Shown here: positions 1 to 13,270 of the stretch, in pieces
Layout of the letters: each line of letters opens with the position of its first letter
How positions within the stretch are numbered: position 1 is the first letter of the stretch
Origin: Camelus dromedarius
Lineage: Eukaryota
Direction: 5' to 3'
Assembly: GCF_036321535.1 (NCBI RefSeq)
Contig: NC_087437.1
Span: 72,790,001 to 72,854,000 of the forward strand
DNA length: 64,000 bases
The notes under the pieces: model-generated
Told to the model about the DNA's origin: nothing
Database searches by the model: none
Seen by the model: the letters and a program-made list of their open reading frames with translations, nothing else
Position numbers and translations under genes: made by a program

Positions 1-54
1 CTTCTGAGGCACACATTAGTTACAACTATTATGTGATGAGCATTTACTTCACTT

Positions 55-58
<4 letters not shown>

Positions 59-104
<46 letters not shown>
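59..104 (+). repeat. (CA)23 microsatellite
   Basis: Perfect CA dinucleotide run. Confidence 0.98.
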
Positions 105-106
<2 letters not shown>

Positions 107-304
107 GTATCTGCATTAGACACAAAGATAATCCCTGAAATCCTCAAAGCATAAATAATGAAAGGCAGGAAGACCATCAAAGCATTGAGTGCTTTCATAA
201 GTCATTTCTGTTAGTGTTTTTCCTAGTCAGTGAATCACATAGAACTGAGGTGCATCTCCTGACTTCTAAGGTGGTACCAGTGGACATATAAAATCATAGC
301 TTAC

Positions 305-394
305 CTCTTTCAGAGTACTGGGGTTGACAGGAAACCCTTTCCCCCCTGAAAGGCTGGAGTACTTCTTTTCCAAATTACAAAGATTTTCCTTTTC
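305..394 (-). CDS. PHLDB2: PHLDB2 exon 9, 30 codons (EKENLCNLEKKYSSLSGGKGFPVNPSTLKE); gene continues beyond window start
   Basis: Acceptor gttccttcag|GAA, donor GAG|GTAAGC, 90 nt open frame, phase 0/0. Confidence 0.93.
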
Positions 395-419
395 CTGAAG
401 GAACACAAAACCTATTAAG

Positions 420-1870
420 CTGACTCAACCTTGCATTTCCCTGACGACTACTGACTGAATATTTTACCACGTGACTTATTGACCCTTCTCATATCTTCTT
501 TTGTGAAGTGTTTGTATTCAAGTCTTTTGTCTGATTTTTAAAAAATTTATTTATTGGTTGTTTATCTATTATTATTGAGTTGTAGTCGTTTCTCATATAT
601 TCTGGATACAAGTCCTTTGTCATTTCCTCTTTAAGAAATCCTTGCTTACCCCAAGGCCAAGAAGAAGCACTTGCACACTATATCTTTTAGAAAATTTATC
701 ATTTTAATTTTTATGTTTAGATCTAAAATCTGTCTTGAATTAATTTATATGTGTGGTGTGAGGATGAACGGTGTAGAGGTTCACTTTTTCCCATGTTTAC
801 CCACTTGATCCAGCACTTTCCTTTCCCTAGTGGATTGTCTTGGAGCCTGTCAAAAATCAATAAACAGTACATGTGGGGGTCTCTTTCTGGACTCTGTTCG
901 TTTCCTCTTATCTATATGTTTATTTGTATACCAGCACCACACCATCTTAAACACTACAGCTTTAGAGTAAAACTTGAAGTCAAATAGTATAAATCCTGCA
1001 ACTTTATTCTTCTTGCTCAAATTTGTTTTGGCTGTTTGATGCCTTTTACATTTTCATGTACAGTCTATTCTCATTATTTGCAGTAGCCATGTTGCCACGA
1101 ACACTGAACTAGTGAATCCTGAACCACTGTTTCAAGGGGAAATACAGGGCTGGGTTCCTGTGGGCTTATAGTCACAGTATTTTCATCAATTGATCAACAC
1201 ATAACTTTGTTTTATGTGTGTTTCTGTTTAAAGACATCTTATTAACATAAAGTTGGCTCATTAACATTCAACTCATAGCCAACAGCACTATAATTCAAGC
1301 CTGAATGAAGCTTATCTAACACCTGTATTTTCTCCATAAGGCACATCAAGCCCTCCTGCTCTTAGGAACACCAGACAGTACTTTTGCAGTAGGCTTGTGA
1401 GCCATTTTAAATAGCAAAATCACTAACAAAAAACACAAAAAATGTGAAAACATGGCACTAAACCATCCACAAACAGAACACTTGTTTACAGAGCATTGCC
1501 CTGTTCAGCCTAAGCTGGTAACATGCATGTCCATCAAGTGACTCAAAACATTCACTGCTCTGTGCATGTCCATCAGTGACTGCATGACAAGTATTAATCT
1601 TATTTTAAGGTTACAAATAAACTTTAGTGAACAGGTGGACTCACAAATATGGACTCCACGAATAATGAAGAATGACTGTAAATTTCAGCGTCAACTTGTC
1701 AATTTCTTCAAAAACATCTATTAGGATTTTTACTGGAATAGAGATCATCTATAGGTCAACTTGGGGTAATAAAAATCTTAAGACTTACGAACCACAATTT
1801 TTACAGTAGAATCATATTTTATATATTTTAATGAGGACAGAGTATTCCTATTGTGTTCACCTATTTAAAA
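420..1870 (-). mobile_element. Old LINE-1 (L1M-type) ORF2 fragment, interrupted by MER82
   Basis: Degenerate reverse-strand L1 ORF2 sequence (e.g. tattctggatacaagtcctttgtca, gtcaaaaatcaat). The sequence resumes after 1680. Boundaries are approximate. Confidence 0.7.
1061..1678 (-). mobile_element. TcMar-Tigger non-autonomous DNA transposon, MER82-like
   Basis: Imperfect terminal inverted repeats (cagtctattctcattatttgc ... acgaataatgaagaatgactg) with TA duplication at 1059-1060 and 1679-1680. About 620 bp. Internal sequence resembles MER82 as recalled. Confidence 0.8.
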
Positions 1871-3005
1871 AAATTCATCATTGGAGACTTTTTCCCTTTT
1901 TACTAAAATTTCAAAACCTTCTGAAATACTGTGTGTTACACTATCTAATTTGAGTTGTGCCTTTGAATCTTGTGAGCAAAAGGTGATGGGGAGGCTAATG
2001 GCACCAGAGTTCACCCCCAGAGCTGAGCACAGGGCTGGAAAATACAGCTCCAATGGGAGATTTCTAGGTGCTGAAGAAGCAGGAGGAGGGGAGCTGTCAG
2101 GGGTCCCATGTGGGCTACAGAGGCACCCCAAGTGAACTCATCATTTTATATGAAGGACCAATCTCTTCTCTGTTCTCAACCCAAAAATGGCTAAGTAGCT
2201 ACACTGGGAATGCTCCAACTACACTTCTAGGCGGGACCATGGGACAGCCTCATCCTTCATCCATCATTCTAGATTTGATCTTTCTCCTGCACTCCACTCT
2301 GGGCCGATCGCGTATTTTCATGATCCCAAGTGTCAAATTCCAGGTATTGATTGCGGGTAAGGCTCAGTCCTGAGACTAGCCCCATCAATTTTAATTTTTG
2401 TTGTCTTACTCCTGAAATTAGACCAGGGACTACATCAGAAAATTGGGCTGCAGGTTAGGCAAAGTCACTTTAGGTGCTGGACAGAAGGGGGCATAGTCTG
2501 TTTAATGAGAATGATCTTGCCACACATGGGGTTTCTACTTTGCCAATTAAGCCAAGCTAAATCCAATGTGGCATTCTCCGAGAAGACCCACATGCCGATA
2601 ATTGGAGTTCAAAACTCCAGAGCAACTGAGCCAAAATGTTTGACAGCAGTAAAAAGAGCAGAATGCATTTTGCCTATTCAACAAAAAAAAATGAGCTTTT
2701 TTTAAAGAAGAAAATCAGAAGACAAACAGATTTTCCATAGTTTAGATTTTCACATTATGGAAGAAAAATGAAGAAAACATCTTTGCTTATTTTCTGAATT
2801 ATAGTTAACCATTCACAGAGCATCAGCTTATTAATGCTCTTACTCATTATTATTTGGAGGATTAAATAAAAAAGTATATAGACAATCCTTCCTTAAATTA
2901 GAGCTCACTATTCTTTATTAAATGGCACTTGCCTTGATGGAGGCAACTTTCCCTGAGTTGGAGCCCATGTGTCACTGCAACCAGCACCGAAAAGGGAATA
3001 CTTAC

Positions 3006-3116
3006 CCTTTGCAGCATCATTAGCAGATTATTCTTTTCTTTCACAAAATGATCTTGTTCTCTCTGAGCCTGCTGGACAATGTGATTGGCTTGCTTTTTCA
3101 ATGCAGAAATTTTTTC
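3006..3116 (-). CDS. PHLDB2: PHLDB2 exon 8, 37 codons (EKISALKKQANHIVQQAQRE...MMLQR)
   Basis: Acceptor ttttcctccag|GAA, donor AGG|GTAAGT, 111 nt. Lies inside ORF 2898..3152. Confidence 0.95.
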
Positions 3117-4073
3117 CTGGAGGAAAAAAGATGGCCATAGAAAGATGTACATTAGACATGAAAAGTTTTGTCAGACTGCCCTAGAAAAGGGAGGAAAAGT
3201 GTTTACAACTAGAAGAGCAGTGATCACATTTCCCTGATGGTGGCTAGGCAGTGATTACTACCCAGAGACAGTGAGGCAGTTTCTTTGAACTGCCAAGTTC
3301 AAGGCTTTTCTCTACCTAAGGTTAAGTGATTTAAAATCTATTTCAAGAACCCAGAAGTCAACAGGAAGTCTAGTTTTAGAATATAAATGAATTTTTGACA
3401 TCATCTTGGGAGATGCCTCATGGGAAAAAAAACAATGGAATTTCTTATTTAAACCGAAAGTTTAAGTCACTTTCTCCATCTTTGTTTCCCTAGTTTTATC
3501 AGTTGAGTACAGAGCACTGGGGTGTGATTCTAAATTCTGGAACAAGAGCTGAATTTTGGGCTGGATATCTAGGTGCTAAGGGTTGGGTGGAAGCAGTAAT
3601 CTGCACGGCATTACACGAGGCTATTTCTAGTAGTAACCAACTATCGGCAGGCTTTGAGAACTACTGAGCAACAGAAACAGAGACATTCCAAAAAGACTGC
3701 GCATAGAATTATTCCAAGTTTAGTTACCATGACTGCAAAGGCAAGTAATTTAAAACATATATCTAGATTTCCAATTTTCTCTACCTTGGTTTTCACATAA
3801 AAGAAAAAATTAGGTATTATTCATAAGTGCATCTACAGCATTAAGTAACAGTGACCGTAACACGTCTCAGTTTACCTAGTTCGCAGCACCACTCACACAG
3901 ATGGCAGGCTCCGTAAGCTGCCAAATGTGGCATGTGATTGAACACACAAAGGTATTCAGGTAAAACAGATAACAGACAGAAGGACACACACTATCGCTAT
4001 ATAAACAATCGTATTGTCACGTAGTGAGGGGTGTAGTTTGACTTTGTCGCTGAAAGACACCTGGCAAAAGTAC

Positions 4074-4229
4074 CTTTCTAGTAACAATGTTCCGCTGATA
4101 CTCAGCCACTTCACGCAGGAGCTGTTGGGTCAGGTTCTCCTTTTCCTCATCTAGACGGCTCTCGCGCTCAAGCTGCTGGAATTCCAGGTCTTCAAAGTGT
4201 TTGCTTTCGACATCCAACAGATCGGCATC
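4074..4229 (-). CDS. PHLDB2: PHLDB2 exon 7, 52 codons (DADLLDVESKHFEDLEFQQLE...NIVTRK)
   Basis: Acceptor tttctccaaag|GAT, donor AAG|GTACTT, 156 nt. LL5-family motif FEDLEFQQLERESR. Overlaps ORF 4017..4217. Confidence 0.96.
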
Positions 4230-7047
4230 CTTTGGAGAAAAGGGAATGAAAACAAGACACTCCAGAATGGCTGCAGACTTCTTAATGTGAAGAAAAAATT
4301 ATTAAAAGCAAAAAGTCCCAAAGTATCTTTCCAGTTACAACACTGACCAGGGTTAGAACATGATAATCCTCCCTTTGTAGTTAAACCCAAAACAGTGACT
4401 TAGAATGAAATAAGGGACTGGGGTGGTGGGGGCAGGGGGGAACAACGTTCATTTCACTGTTGGTTTTAGTTTGTTCTTTGGATGTTGGAATTCCTGCTTT
4501 AAATCTACCAGGTGGCTTTAAAATGGATTAAGAAGTATAAAATATTATAAGACCAAGGGTGTGACATAGTCTCTTGAATAAATTTCTACTTTCCACAATT
4601 TTTCAAATGAAATGAGACTTTAGTATAGAGATTAAATTCAAGATTCCAAAGTTGTTGACTATTTAAAAAAAAAAGGTTCAAAAGGTGGCATACGTAACAG
4701 CTCAGAGGTCTCTGAGAGGGAGACATGTGCCCCAAATGGCATACAACACAATCCACTGGGATGTGAGGGAGAAATATTAGACCTTCTTTATATTTATTTT
4801 TAGTTATTCTCTTCTTTTACAATTTCTCAATAAATGTTCTCTAATGTACATACAAGTAGAGTGTACATACAAGTAGAGTAGTATATGTACATTACTGAAA
4901 AATGAATATATATTTTTTGAGTAGGTATGCAATATGTATTATATATTTATAATATAATATGACCTATGTGTATATATATAGGCATGCATGCTCAAATAAT
5001 GCTTTTGAAGGGAAAAGTCATCAAAAACATTTGAAGATTGGAATTCTTAAACTGGGCTTCCATGAATCCCTTAAAATTGTTGACCCATCTATTTACTAGA
5101 AAGAGTAGAACCACAGCGTTCATCAGGCACAAAGAGTGACTCAAAAGGTTAAGCCCTGCTATTTGAGGAACAATCTTCAGGACACTTAAGAACAAACAAA
5201 TCATGAAAGTCAGATGGTCGACAATAGGCCTTCTTCAGCCCATGAGATGTCTGAAGGCAGGAATGAATCTGTATCTGTGCAGAGTGGTGCATGTTGTGTA
5301 AATTATTCTCCAATCTACTTAAAAAATAAAAAACACCTCCTTATTTTGGGAGCCTTTTTCAGAGCTATAAATGAGGTATGTATAGAAGATTTTTTAAAAA
5401 ATCTAATTTGTAAATAATTGATGACCAAAAAGAAAAAGGCAGCTGGGCTATATGGCTCTCAGCTCTACGAAGGTAAAAGTGTCAGGGAATTTTTTTTTCA
5501 ATCAACACATTAAATAAATGGATAAAGAAATATATGATAAATTGGATCTAAATAAGTGGGTAAAGAAATAAATGATAAATTAGAGCTCTATCTTTAAACA
5601 CATCACTCCCTCCCCTAGTTTTTCATGTAAGTGATACAGTAAGTCTTTTAATCAAATGGAATACAGTTCTGTCTTCTGGAATGAATTTTATTCTGGGGAT
5701 GATTCACAGGACTATTGGCTACCATGAAATTACAACCAACACTATAGCAACACGATTATTATGTCAACACAGTGGATTCTCAAGCTGAAGAAAATCTGAA
5801 AAACATATTTAGCATTTCTTAACACTTCTTTACATTTTAATTAGCCAAACGGAAAGTGGTCTTGGTTTGAAGTCACTGGGTGACATTTCAAGTTTATCAG
5901 ATATTTCATGCTTATAACTCCAGTGTTATGTCTTGAAACAAAATACCTGTAGTCTTAAAACATCAGCAGATATATTCATTCACAAAGGCCTCCGTACTCA
6001 AGTTTTTCAGGTCTTTCAATTTAGCTTGGTTTGTGGCTAAATGTTATTAAGATAGAAATTTTAATAAGCATTTTTTTTTTTTTTTTTTTTTTTTAGTTTA
6101 TAAAGAATCTTCATCCAAAGTGGGCATGTGGCTCACAATAGATACACCACGCTAGTCAGTCACTTACTCTACATCTGGGTAATATGCACCATGTGTTATT
6201 TTAACCACATGAAGGTCACAAGAGTCACTAAATTATTTGTAGTAAATATTTAAACCACTGCATGAAAATAATAGCACACTAGGCAGGAAAGTTGAAAATT
6301 AAAGCTAAACTCAGCACTCAGATTCTTCTGGTGTAATCATCTGATCAAGTTATCTAAACCATTAAAACATGTGCATATAAACTTACACTGTGAAAGAAAA
6401 ACAACTTAGGAAGGGAAAAGACTTTTACAAGACTTTAGATAAGAACAAGAATTCAAGAGATGGAATTTGGGGACAGGAGTAGTTTAATTGAGCATGGAAT
6501 AATATATACAGGAAGCTCAAAGTCAAGTATATGACTAGTTGAATAAAAATTTTAATTAAACTTCTCCACTAAAAGAACATTACAAATCTCTAGTGGCTGG
6601 CAAGTTCAAAGGCCAGGCGTGAAAAGAAATAAAACAGCTGCACTAAAGGAAATTCAACAGAAGTCCTTTTCTTTTTCCAATAACTTTTTTGATAATGTAT
6701 ATGGCAGGAGTTCAATGCCCAATTTTATGTTTTCTTTGCCTGGTAGAGGGATAGAAGAAGCGATGTGGTATGGCCAGGAAACCTGATTACCAGTAATAAT
6801 CTCACGACAGCTCAAGGCCAACTTTGAAAGCAAATTTAAACGGGGCTCAGGGCTTGTTACTGTTTCTCCATCTGATGCACTACGTCAAACACTTCACTTG
6901 CATACTTTTGGAATTTGGAAAAATACAATGGAAATCATCAAGTACAACCTTCTCATTGTATACATGAGGATGCTGAGGGCCATAGAGGTTGAATGACTTG
7001 TCGATTAAAAACAAACTAATTGTAGAGCCAGTAAGAAAAAAAAAGGT

Positions 7048-7316
7048 CTCCTGTGCCTATTGGCCATTTGTATGTCTTCATTGGAGAATTGCTTGTTTAG
7101 GTCTTCTGCCCATTTTTGGATTGGGTTATTTGTTTTTTTCTTATTAAGTTGTATGAGCTGTTTATATATTCTGGAAATTAAGCCCTTGTCATACTCATAT
7201 TTTGCTAATATTTCTCCCATTCTGTAGGTTGTCTTTTTGTTTTGCTTATGGTTTCCTCTGCTGTGCAAAAGCTTATAAGTTTAATTAGATCCCATTTGTT
7301 TATTTTTGCTTTTATT
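7048..7316 (-). mobile_element. LINE-1 ORF2 C-terminal fragment
   Basis: ORF 7005..7268 contains [46 protein letters not shown], typical of L1 ORF2p. Confidence 0.9.
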
Positions 7317-9792
7317 TATACTGAATAGAATTTTTAAAAAATCAGGAAACCAAAATCAACCATTCAGCTGAATAAATATCAAAACACAAAAAACTATCCT
7401 AGCCAGGAGCCTCCTAGCAAATGAAAGGCTCATTTATCTCTAGTTTTGTTTTTTTTTTTCGTCCCCCACACTTCTTGTATTCCAGAGAATGATTCGGTTG
7501 GTGAGCTCACTATCAACTACATTAAGCCACAGGCCATGAAATCAACATCAGATGAAAACTGTATTCTGCCTACAGAACAATGATTCAAGGGTAAGAAGCC
7601 CAGTCATAAATCCATAGTGTAATATGCACAAAATCATTCTACAATTTCTGCTTAAGTATTTGGGACAACGTACAGTGAAAGAAAATTATTTCCTTCCTAT
7701 TCATTTATTTTCTATTTTGTCTAACTTGCCACCTAATGAAGTTAGCTGTAATAAAATCAACTTTATTGAATCTAGCTTACATGCCTTGGGAAAAGCTTTG
7801 TAATGGAGTGCTATTCTGGAGAGTTTGAAGTCCGAAGGGAAATGGGCTGTAATAACACAGGAAGTTCCGAGTATGAATGGACTTCTCATGAAATAAATGA
7901 ACTTTTTACTGATTAAGACAAGGGACTGGTGAAGAGTTATTTTGGTCATCATCCATCTCTGGAAAACAAGAATTAGTAGCTCTCTTAATATAAGATGAAC
8001 AGAAGCTGCCACAAGCCATTTTTCTCTTCTAAGAAAAGGGTTTTATGATAAGAATTTTGCACTCTGCTTGGAAAGGAAGAGGAAAGAGTCTTTGCCTTCA
8101 ATTAGTGGAATAGGCTGTCTGCATCATTTCCTTTCCTCATTTGTAGTCAAAATCCTTGGAATGTATACAAATTTATAAGTTTTTCTACAGAATCTAGATT
8201 AAGCAAACAGTAATTATTTATATCAGCCTGACTTCAGGTTATTAATAGAATCTACCAAATTTTTTTTGAAGCAATATTTGTAAAGAATAGTAGCAATAAC
8301 TGGGTAACTAAAGGAAGGCAGAACAAAGTACATAATCACGCTTCTGACTCCAAATAAAGTATTATGGTGACTGCGTAAAATCTTCAGTAATAAAGAAAGC
8401 TGGAATAGAGTAAACAAATATAAAAATGTTTCCCAATCTCTTTTGTGAACTGGCATAAATGCACAAAAAATTACAAACTAAAATAATTTTACAAATACTA
8501 TTCTTTTCCCAATCATTTTTATCACAAGATTTCCAGAGAACTGTGACACTGAGGGTCAGGAAATTTGATGATCTTACAGCAAATTAAGTTGTACACAATA
8601 TAATGAGTAAAGGGGAAGAAACATTTTTGAAGCTTTGATTCAATACTGTAAAAACTACAGATATTCAAACTGTTATGCTGTAGTTTAACCTGTCTGTACT
8701 GGGTACTTTTTATGAAGGTGCTTTCAACCTGTGCAATACACTGAAAAGTTTCACCTGTAATTTTTCATAACCTAGTGACACTCAGAGGTATCAAACATTT
8801 TTGTATGCAAGGACATCATACACATTTTCAAGGCTGTGCTCTTTTAACTGATCTTGTCCAAGCTGCCCATTTCCAAGAAGGTACAGACGTAGTAACATGA
8901 ATGAACTAGTCTTCTTTGCTACTCACATGGAATCGTAAACTGTTAGTCACTTAGTACTAATCACGTGACTCCTCTAGAGGTCCCAGACTGTTAATGACTG
9001 TCTCCCCAGAGTCACGTCTATTTGGGCCGCTGTTTAGAGCAAAGAACTCAGCTGTCAAGAGGCTATGAAATATTAAGTGGCCTTACGGGTGTTTGCGAAA
9101 CTCTCCACCTAGGAAGTCTTGTTTCCAAAGATAAGTAGCGAGGTTGTGTTCAACACGGCCAGCGTAAAAGATTGAAGAATAACCTGATGAAGTTCACCTA
9201 GAAGGTCTATGTGGCACTAAAGTTTAAAAAATTACAAAGCTTGTATGAGAACATGTTGAAATGCCCTGCATCTTGGGTCTTGTTTGACTACTGTGATCAA
9301 GCTAATGAGTTTAATGTTACTAAGAAAGAAAAAGAAAAACAAAATGATGAGCAGTGGTGGGGAGCAAATCAGAGAACAGAAAAATCTGTGGATGGGAGTA
9401 TAAAATCAAGCTAAGAAAAATACATTTGAGGTCAAACAGTACTCACGATGCAGCAGAGAAGGCAGGGAAAGATGTCAGCTGTTTTTAAAACAGCTACAAT
9501 CTTGACGGTTACATGTCCATAATAGCTCTCTTTTGTTACAAAGAAGGACCCCAGAAATGTTTTTCATTGTTAATGAGGTGAAGGATTCCAACAAGGAATT
9601 TTTAAACTGATTGGCACAGAATAATATATACTGTCAGCATGCAGATTTCTATTTAAAACGCATCTAATGACCAGAATTTATGCGAATTTATGCAAATTTA
9701 TGCTATGTGAAGTAGAAAGTCATAGGTAAGCGGAACTTAATTGAAAAAAATAAAAATAACGAACAACTAGCACATTCCTGTTTGCTACTGAC

Positions 9793-9921
9793 CCTCTTCA
9801 GTTGTTGTTGTAACTGTTCCCTCATGGACTCAGGACAATTGTCCAGCTGGGTCTTCTGCTCGGAGTAAAGCTCCTGAAGCCTCTCTAGTTTTTCCCTTTC
9901 AGCATCAAGCTTTACCTTCTC
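9793..9921 (-). CDS. PHLDB2: PHLDB2 exon 6, 43 codons (EKVKLDAEREKLERLQEL...QQQLKR), probable cassette exon
   Basis: Acceptor ctgaaattcag|GAG, donor AGG|GTCAGT, 129 nt open frame, coiled-coil composition. Confidence 0.92.
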
Positions 9922-12900
9922 CTGAATTTCAGAAATCAGAAAATAGAAGAATAGAAATTACCTTCACACCCCAAGCAGGCGTTAGCGAACATTTCCCAAG
10001 GATAACACAAATAAGCAAACACAAGCAAACTCCAGACATCCTATGACTGTAGAAACATATCTTGTTAGTGACTCGGATTAGGGGGTATCAGTGGCCGTAA
10101 AGACGAGGGGCCCCAGTTTTGCGTTCTCCAAACCCGGTCCACTCATCAGGTATTGGTGACGACCCTCGTCCTTCCTTCCTCCCTTCCTTCCTGCCAGCAC
10201 ATTACAAAAGCAGGGGGAGCAATGGGAATGTTGGTCCATGGTCAACAAAGAACAAAAGAAATGCCAACTGAATTCCTGAGATAGCCCTGCAAAGAGTCAC
10301 TTGGCAGAGAACCAGACAAAGGGAAGCAGGCATTTACCTTGAGGACTGTCAGAGTCCAGTTTGCTGAAGGCAAGTGTTAAGCAAGCTTTGGAAATCATTG
10401 AAATTTTGTTCTCAGGTCAGAGGCACATTAGGTGCCCAACTGATATACAGGTCATCTGGAACAATTTTAGCTATCTGGCAAACTTCAGAGCTTAAGCAAT
10501 TGGAGAATCAGAGCGTAAGGAGAGCATCTAATTCAGAGGCAGAGGTCTAGTAAAAATGAAAGACTGACAAAGCAGCACGAGGAAGATGAGCGAGACGCAG
10601 ATACACCAAAAGCGTGATGTTTCCTGTAGAGACGAGGACGCCCCCTACAGTGATTGAAACATGGGGTCTAGAAGAAGGAAAGGTGAACACCCAGGAGTCA
10701 GAGATAGAAGAGAAAGGAGATGATAACACTAAATTCCTCTCAAGTCACACACTCCAAAGTGACCCTGGACGTTCTCCAAATCCTGTAATCCAGCATTACA
10801 CGGTCTTACAAGGCCACCTCGTACACTGAGAAACAAACTTCAGTCTGTTTAGTGCCAGTTTTCCCACCTTATGTCCCCTCTATGATACTCTGAACCCCTG
10901 AAGTCAATCTTAGACCCAACTGTCTCCCTGTGTGACATTCTCAGCCTAAACCAAAGCACTGTGTGAAGCACCACCATCGTCTGACCCTCAGCAAGCAAAA
11001 CACCACCTCATGACTTTCCTTATGTTCACTATTGATTTGGTAGGAATAAAACTGGCTTCTAAGCATATCACAGAGGATTTTTTTTAAAGGATGAAGCTTT
11101 GAAGTAATCCCATAAATTTATACTTACTATTATTTCCTCATCCAAATGGCCATGATTTCCTGTGTAAACATATCTTTAGAGTCTTTATAAATGATGTTAC
11201 GGTTTAAGTTTGAAACTACATGACATCAATACCTACACCAGTTCACTTGAGTCTCCATTGGTGGCTTACATTTTAAAATTTCAAGGGCATTTTAGAAATG
11301 TCTATTTTGCTGCAGACATGCCTTTTTACTCTCAAAATGATTAAACCCAAAAGTCATGAAACTGAGAATCCTACTTCACCTATCCATCGAAAAGTGATTC
11401 TACAACCTAAACGCTAGCAGGCCGCAGAGAAAGCCGCCTCAGTCTTCAGTGGGCAGGGTGCTCCCTGTGCTCAGCTGCGGCGTAGGAGGGAGAGAAGTGA
11501 CGCGTCACTCACACAATGAAGGATTCTCTGTGTTACCGCACAGGAAGACTGAAGCTACTGGGGCCGGCTAGATTGCCTTTAGCTTCAGAATTAATACTTT
11601 TTTTTCCCTTTAATAAAGCCAGCAGTACAGAATACCTGTTTTCTGTTGGCTAAGAAGCATGTTAGTGCCGTTGTGTGCAGATCAAAGACTGCCCTACTAC
11701 AGAGCAGAAGAATTTTATCCCCAAAGAGTTCTATTTCTATATCATCGGATTTTGTAGCCATTCTCATTCCAAACAGAAATTTAAACAAAGAAGAAGACTA
11801 TTCATTCCAATTACACAGCAAATGTGCAAAGCCCTAAAATGTAAAGTTATCTTTGACAGAAAATACTGAAACGGTATTTAATAAGGTAGAAAGGCACTGG
11901 CCTAAAACACGGGTCTCCAATCCGAAGAAATAACCAAACTATTCCTCTGATGTTGCCAATTTTTTAATCGCTAATAACAAGCACAAATAAACAGCTGATA
12001 AAATATACCTTATGTTTACATATTGCCTTCCTTCTGAGGTGCTCAAGATGTTTCACAATTCCAGACAAGGGGGCGGTTAGAAGAATTACGCAAGCAGGCA
12101 CCATCAGAACCTTCTGCAGCTTCCCTGTGGTTTATCTGTAACGCTGTGACCACTACCTGGGTCTCAGGGCAAAAGCTTAGTGGGGCCAAGGCTAGGGCAA
12201 AGGAAGTAAAGGGAGGGATGAAAGAAACACTGGTGGCAGATGGGCCCGGCCATAAATCACAGGGGACCACAGGGGTGATATCACTCCCAGAAGAGCCAAA
12301 AGCAGACCAACTCTGAGCCAGAATGAAATCAATATACCTTTCTTCTATTTACTGCCCAGGAAGTTTTCAAAGGAAAATTAGCTTTAGGCAGGCAGTTAAT
12401 TAGAGCTGAAAGTATCACCTTCTACAGAGAGTTGGACAAGTTAGATGGCTTTCCAGGGTTCAGGGATTCTAGTTCCTTACAAGTAAAATATTAACGCCAG
12501 GTGTTATTCTCTTCCCCTAGAATTAAATTGGGAAAGTCACCTATTCTAACTACAATAGGCACAGTGATATTTTCCAAACATCAGATTGGGACATTTTTTT
12601 CCTTAGGATTCATAAATCTATTTTCAGGAAACAAATGAATTAAAAGACATTTTTAATATATTTAACAAATTGAATTTTGTTGGAAAAAATAATATTATAA
12701 GGAACTGGACCACTCCAGGAAGATCCAGATGTACAGGGGGGCGTTTATAAAACAAAAGACCAGAACCTGACTTCCCTCAGACGTGGCTGCCTCCAGCCTC
12801 CTCAAATTGATTTGTCCTCTCTTGACATACTGGGAAGATCCAGCTGGTTCCCAAATTCATTGCCAGATTCTGCCTATTTTGCATATATAAGACTGATATT

Positions 12901-13094
12901 CCTAAGTGTGTAAAGGACCAAAGCTAAATTATTCACTAGCAAACGGAAGTGGAAAGCAGTATATAAAATCTGGCCTACGTCTGCTTCCGCAGTATGCTTT
13001 TCATTCACTCAGTCAATCAATCTTTAAAAGAGGACTAGAGACAGAGAAAAGAGGTAACTTGATCCCTGTCCTCATGTGGTACAGGCTGTTTAGC

Positions 13095-13270
13095 TCTCTG
13101 CTGCTCAGCCCTGACCGCACCTTAGAATGAGCTGGCTGAGCTTTTAAATGTACCATTTCCCAGGCTTCCACTTAGAAATCCAGGGGTGTAAGGCTAGGGA
13201 ACAAGCACTTTAAAAATCCTTCCAGGTTTTCTCATATGTAACCAGGTTAAAAAAAAAAAAATCAGTGATT
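13095..13270. mobile_element. Degenerate MER5-like hAT-Charlie element
   Basis: Motifs ttagaat...gagcttttaaa...ccaggttttctcatatgtaaccaggttaaaa resemble MER5. Confidence 0.45.

Noticed and set aside
4845..4878. 17-bp tandem duplication tgtacatacaagtagag x2
   Set aside because: Simple local slippage duplication in AT-rich intron. No spacer structure, so not CRISPR-like.
6071..6094. T24 run as the tail of a processed pseudogene
   Set aside because: No adjacent coding remnant or TSD identified.
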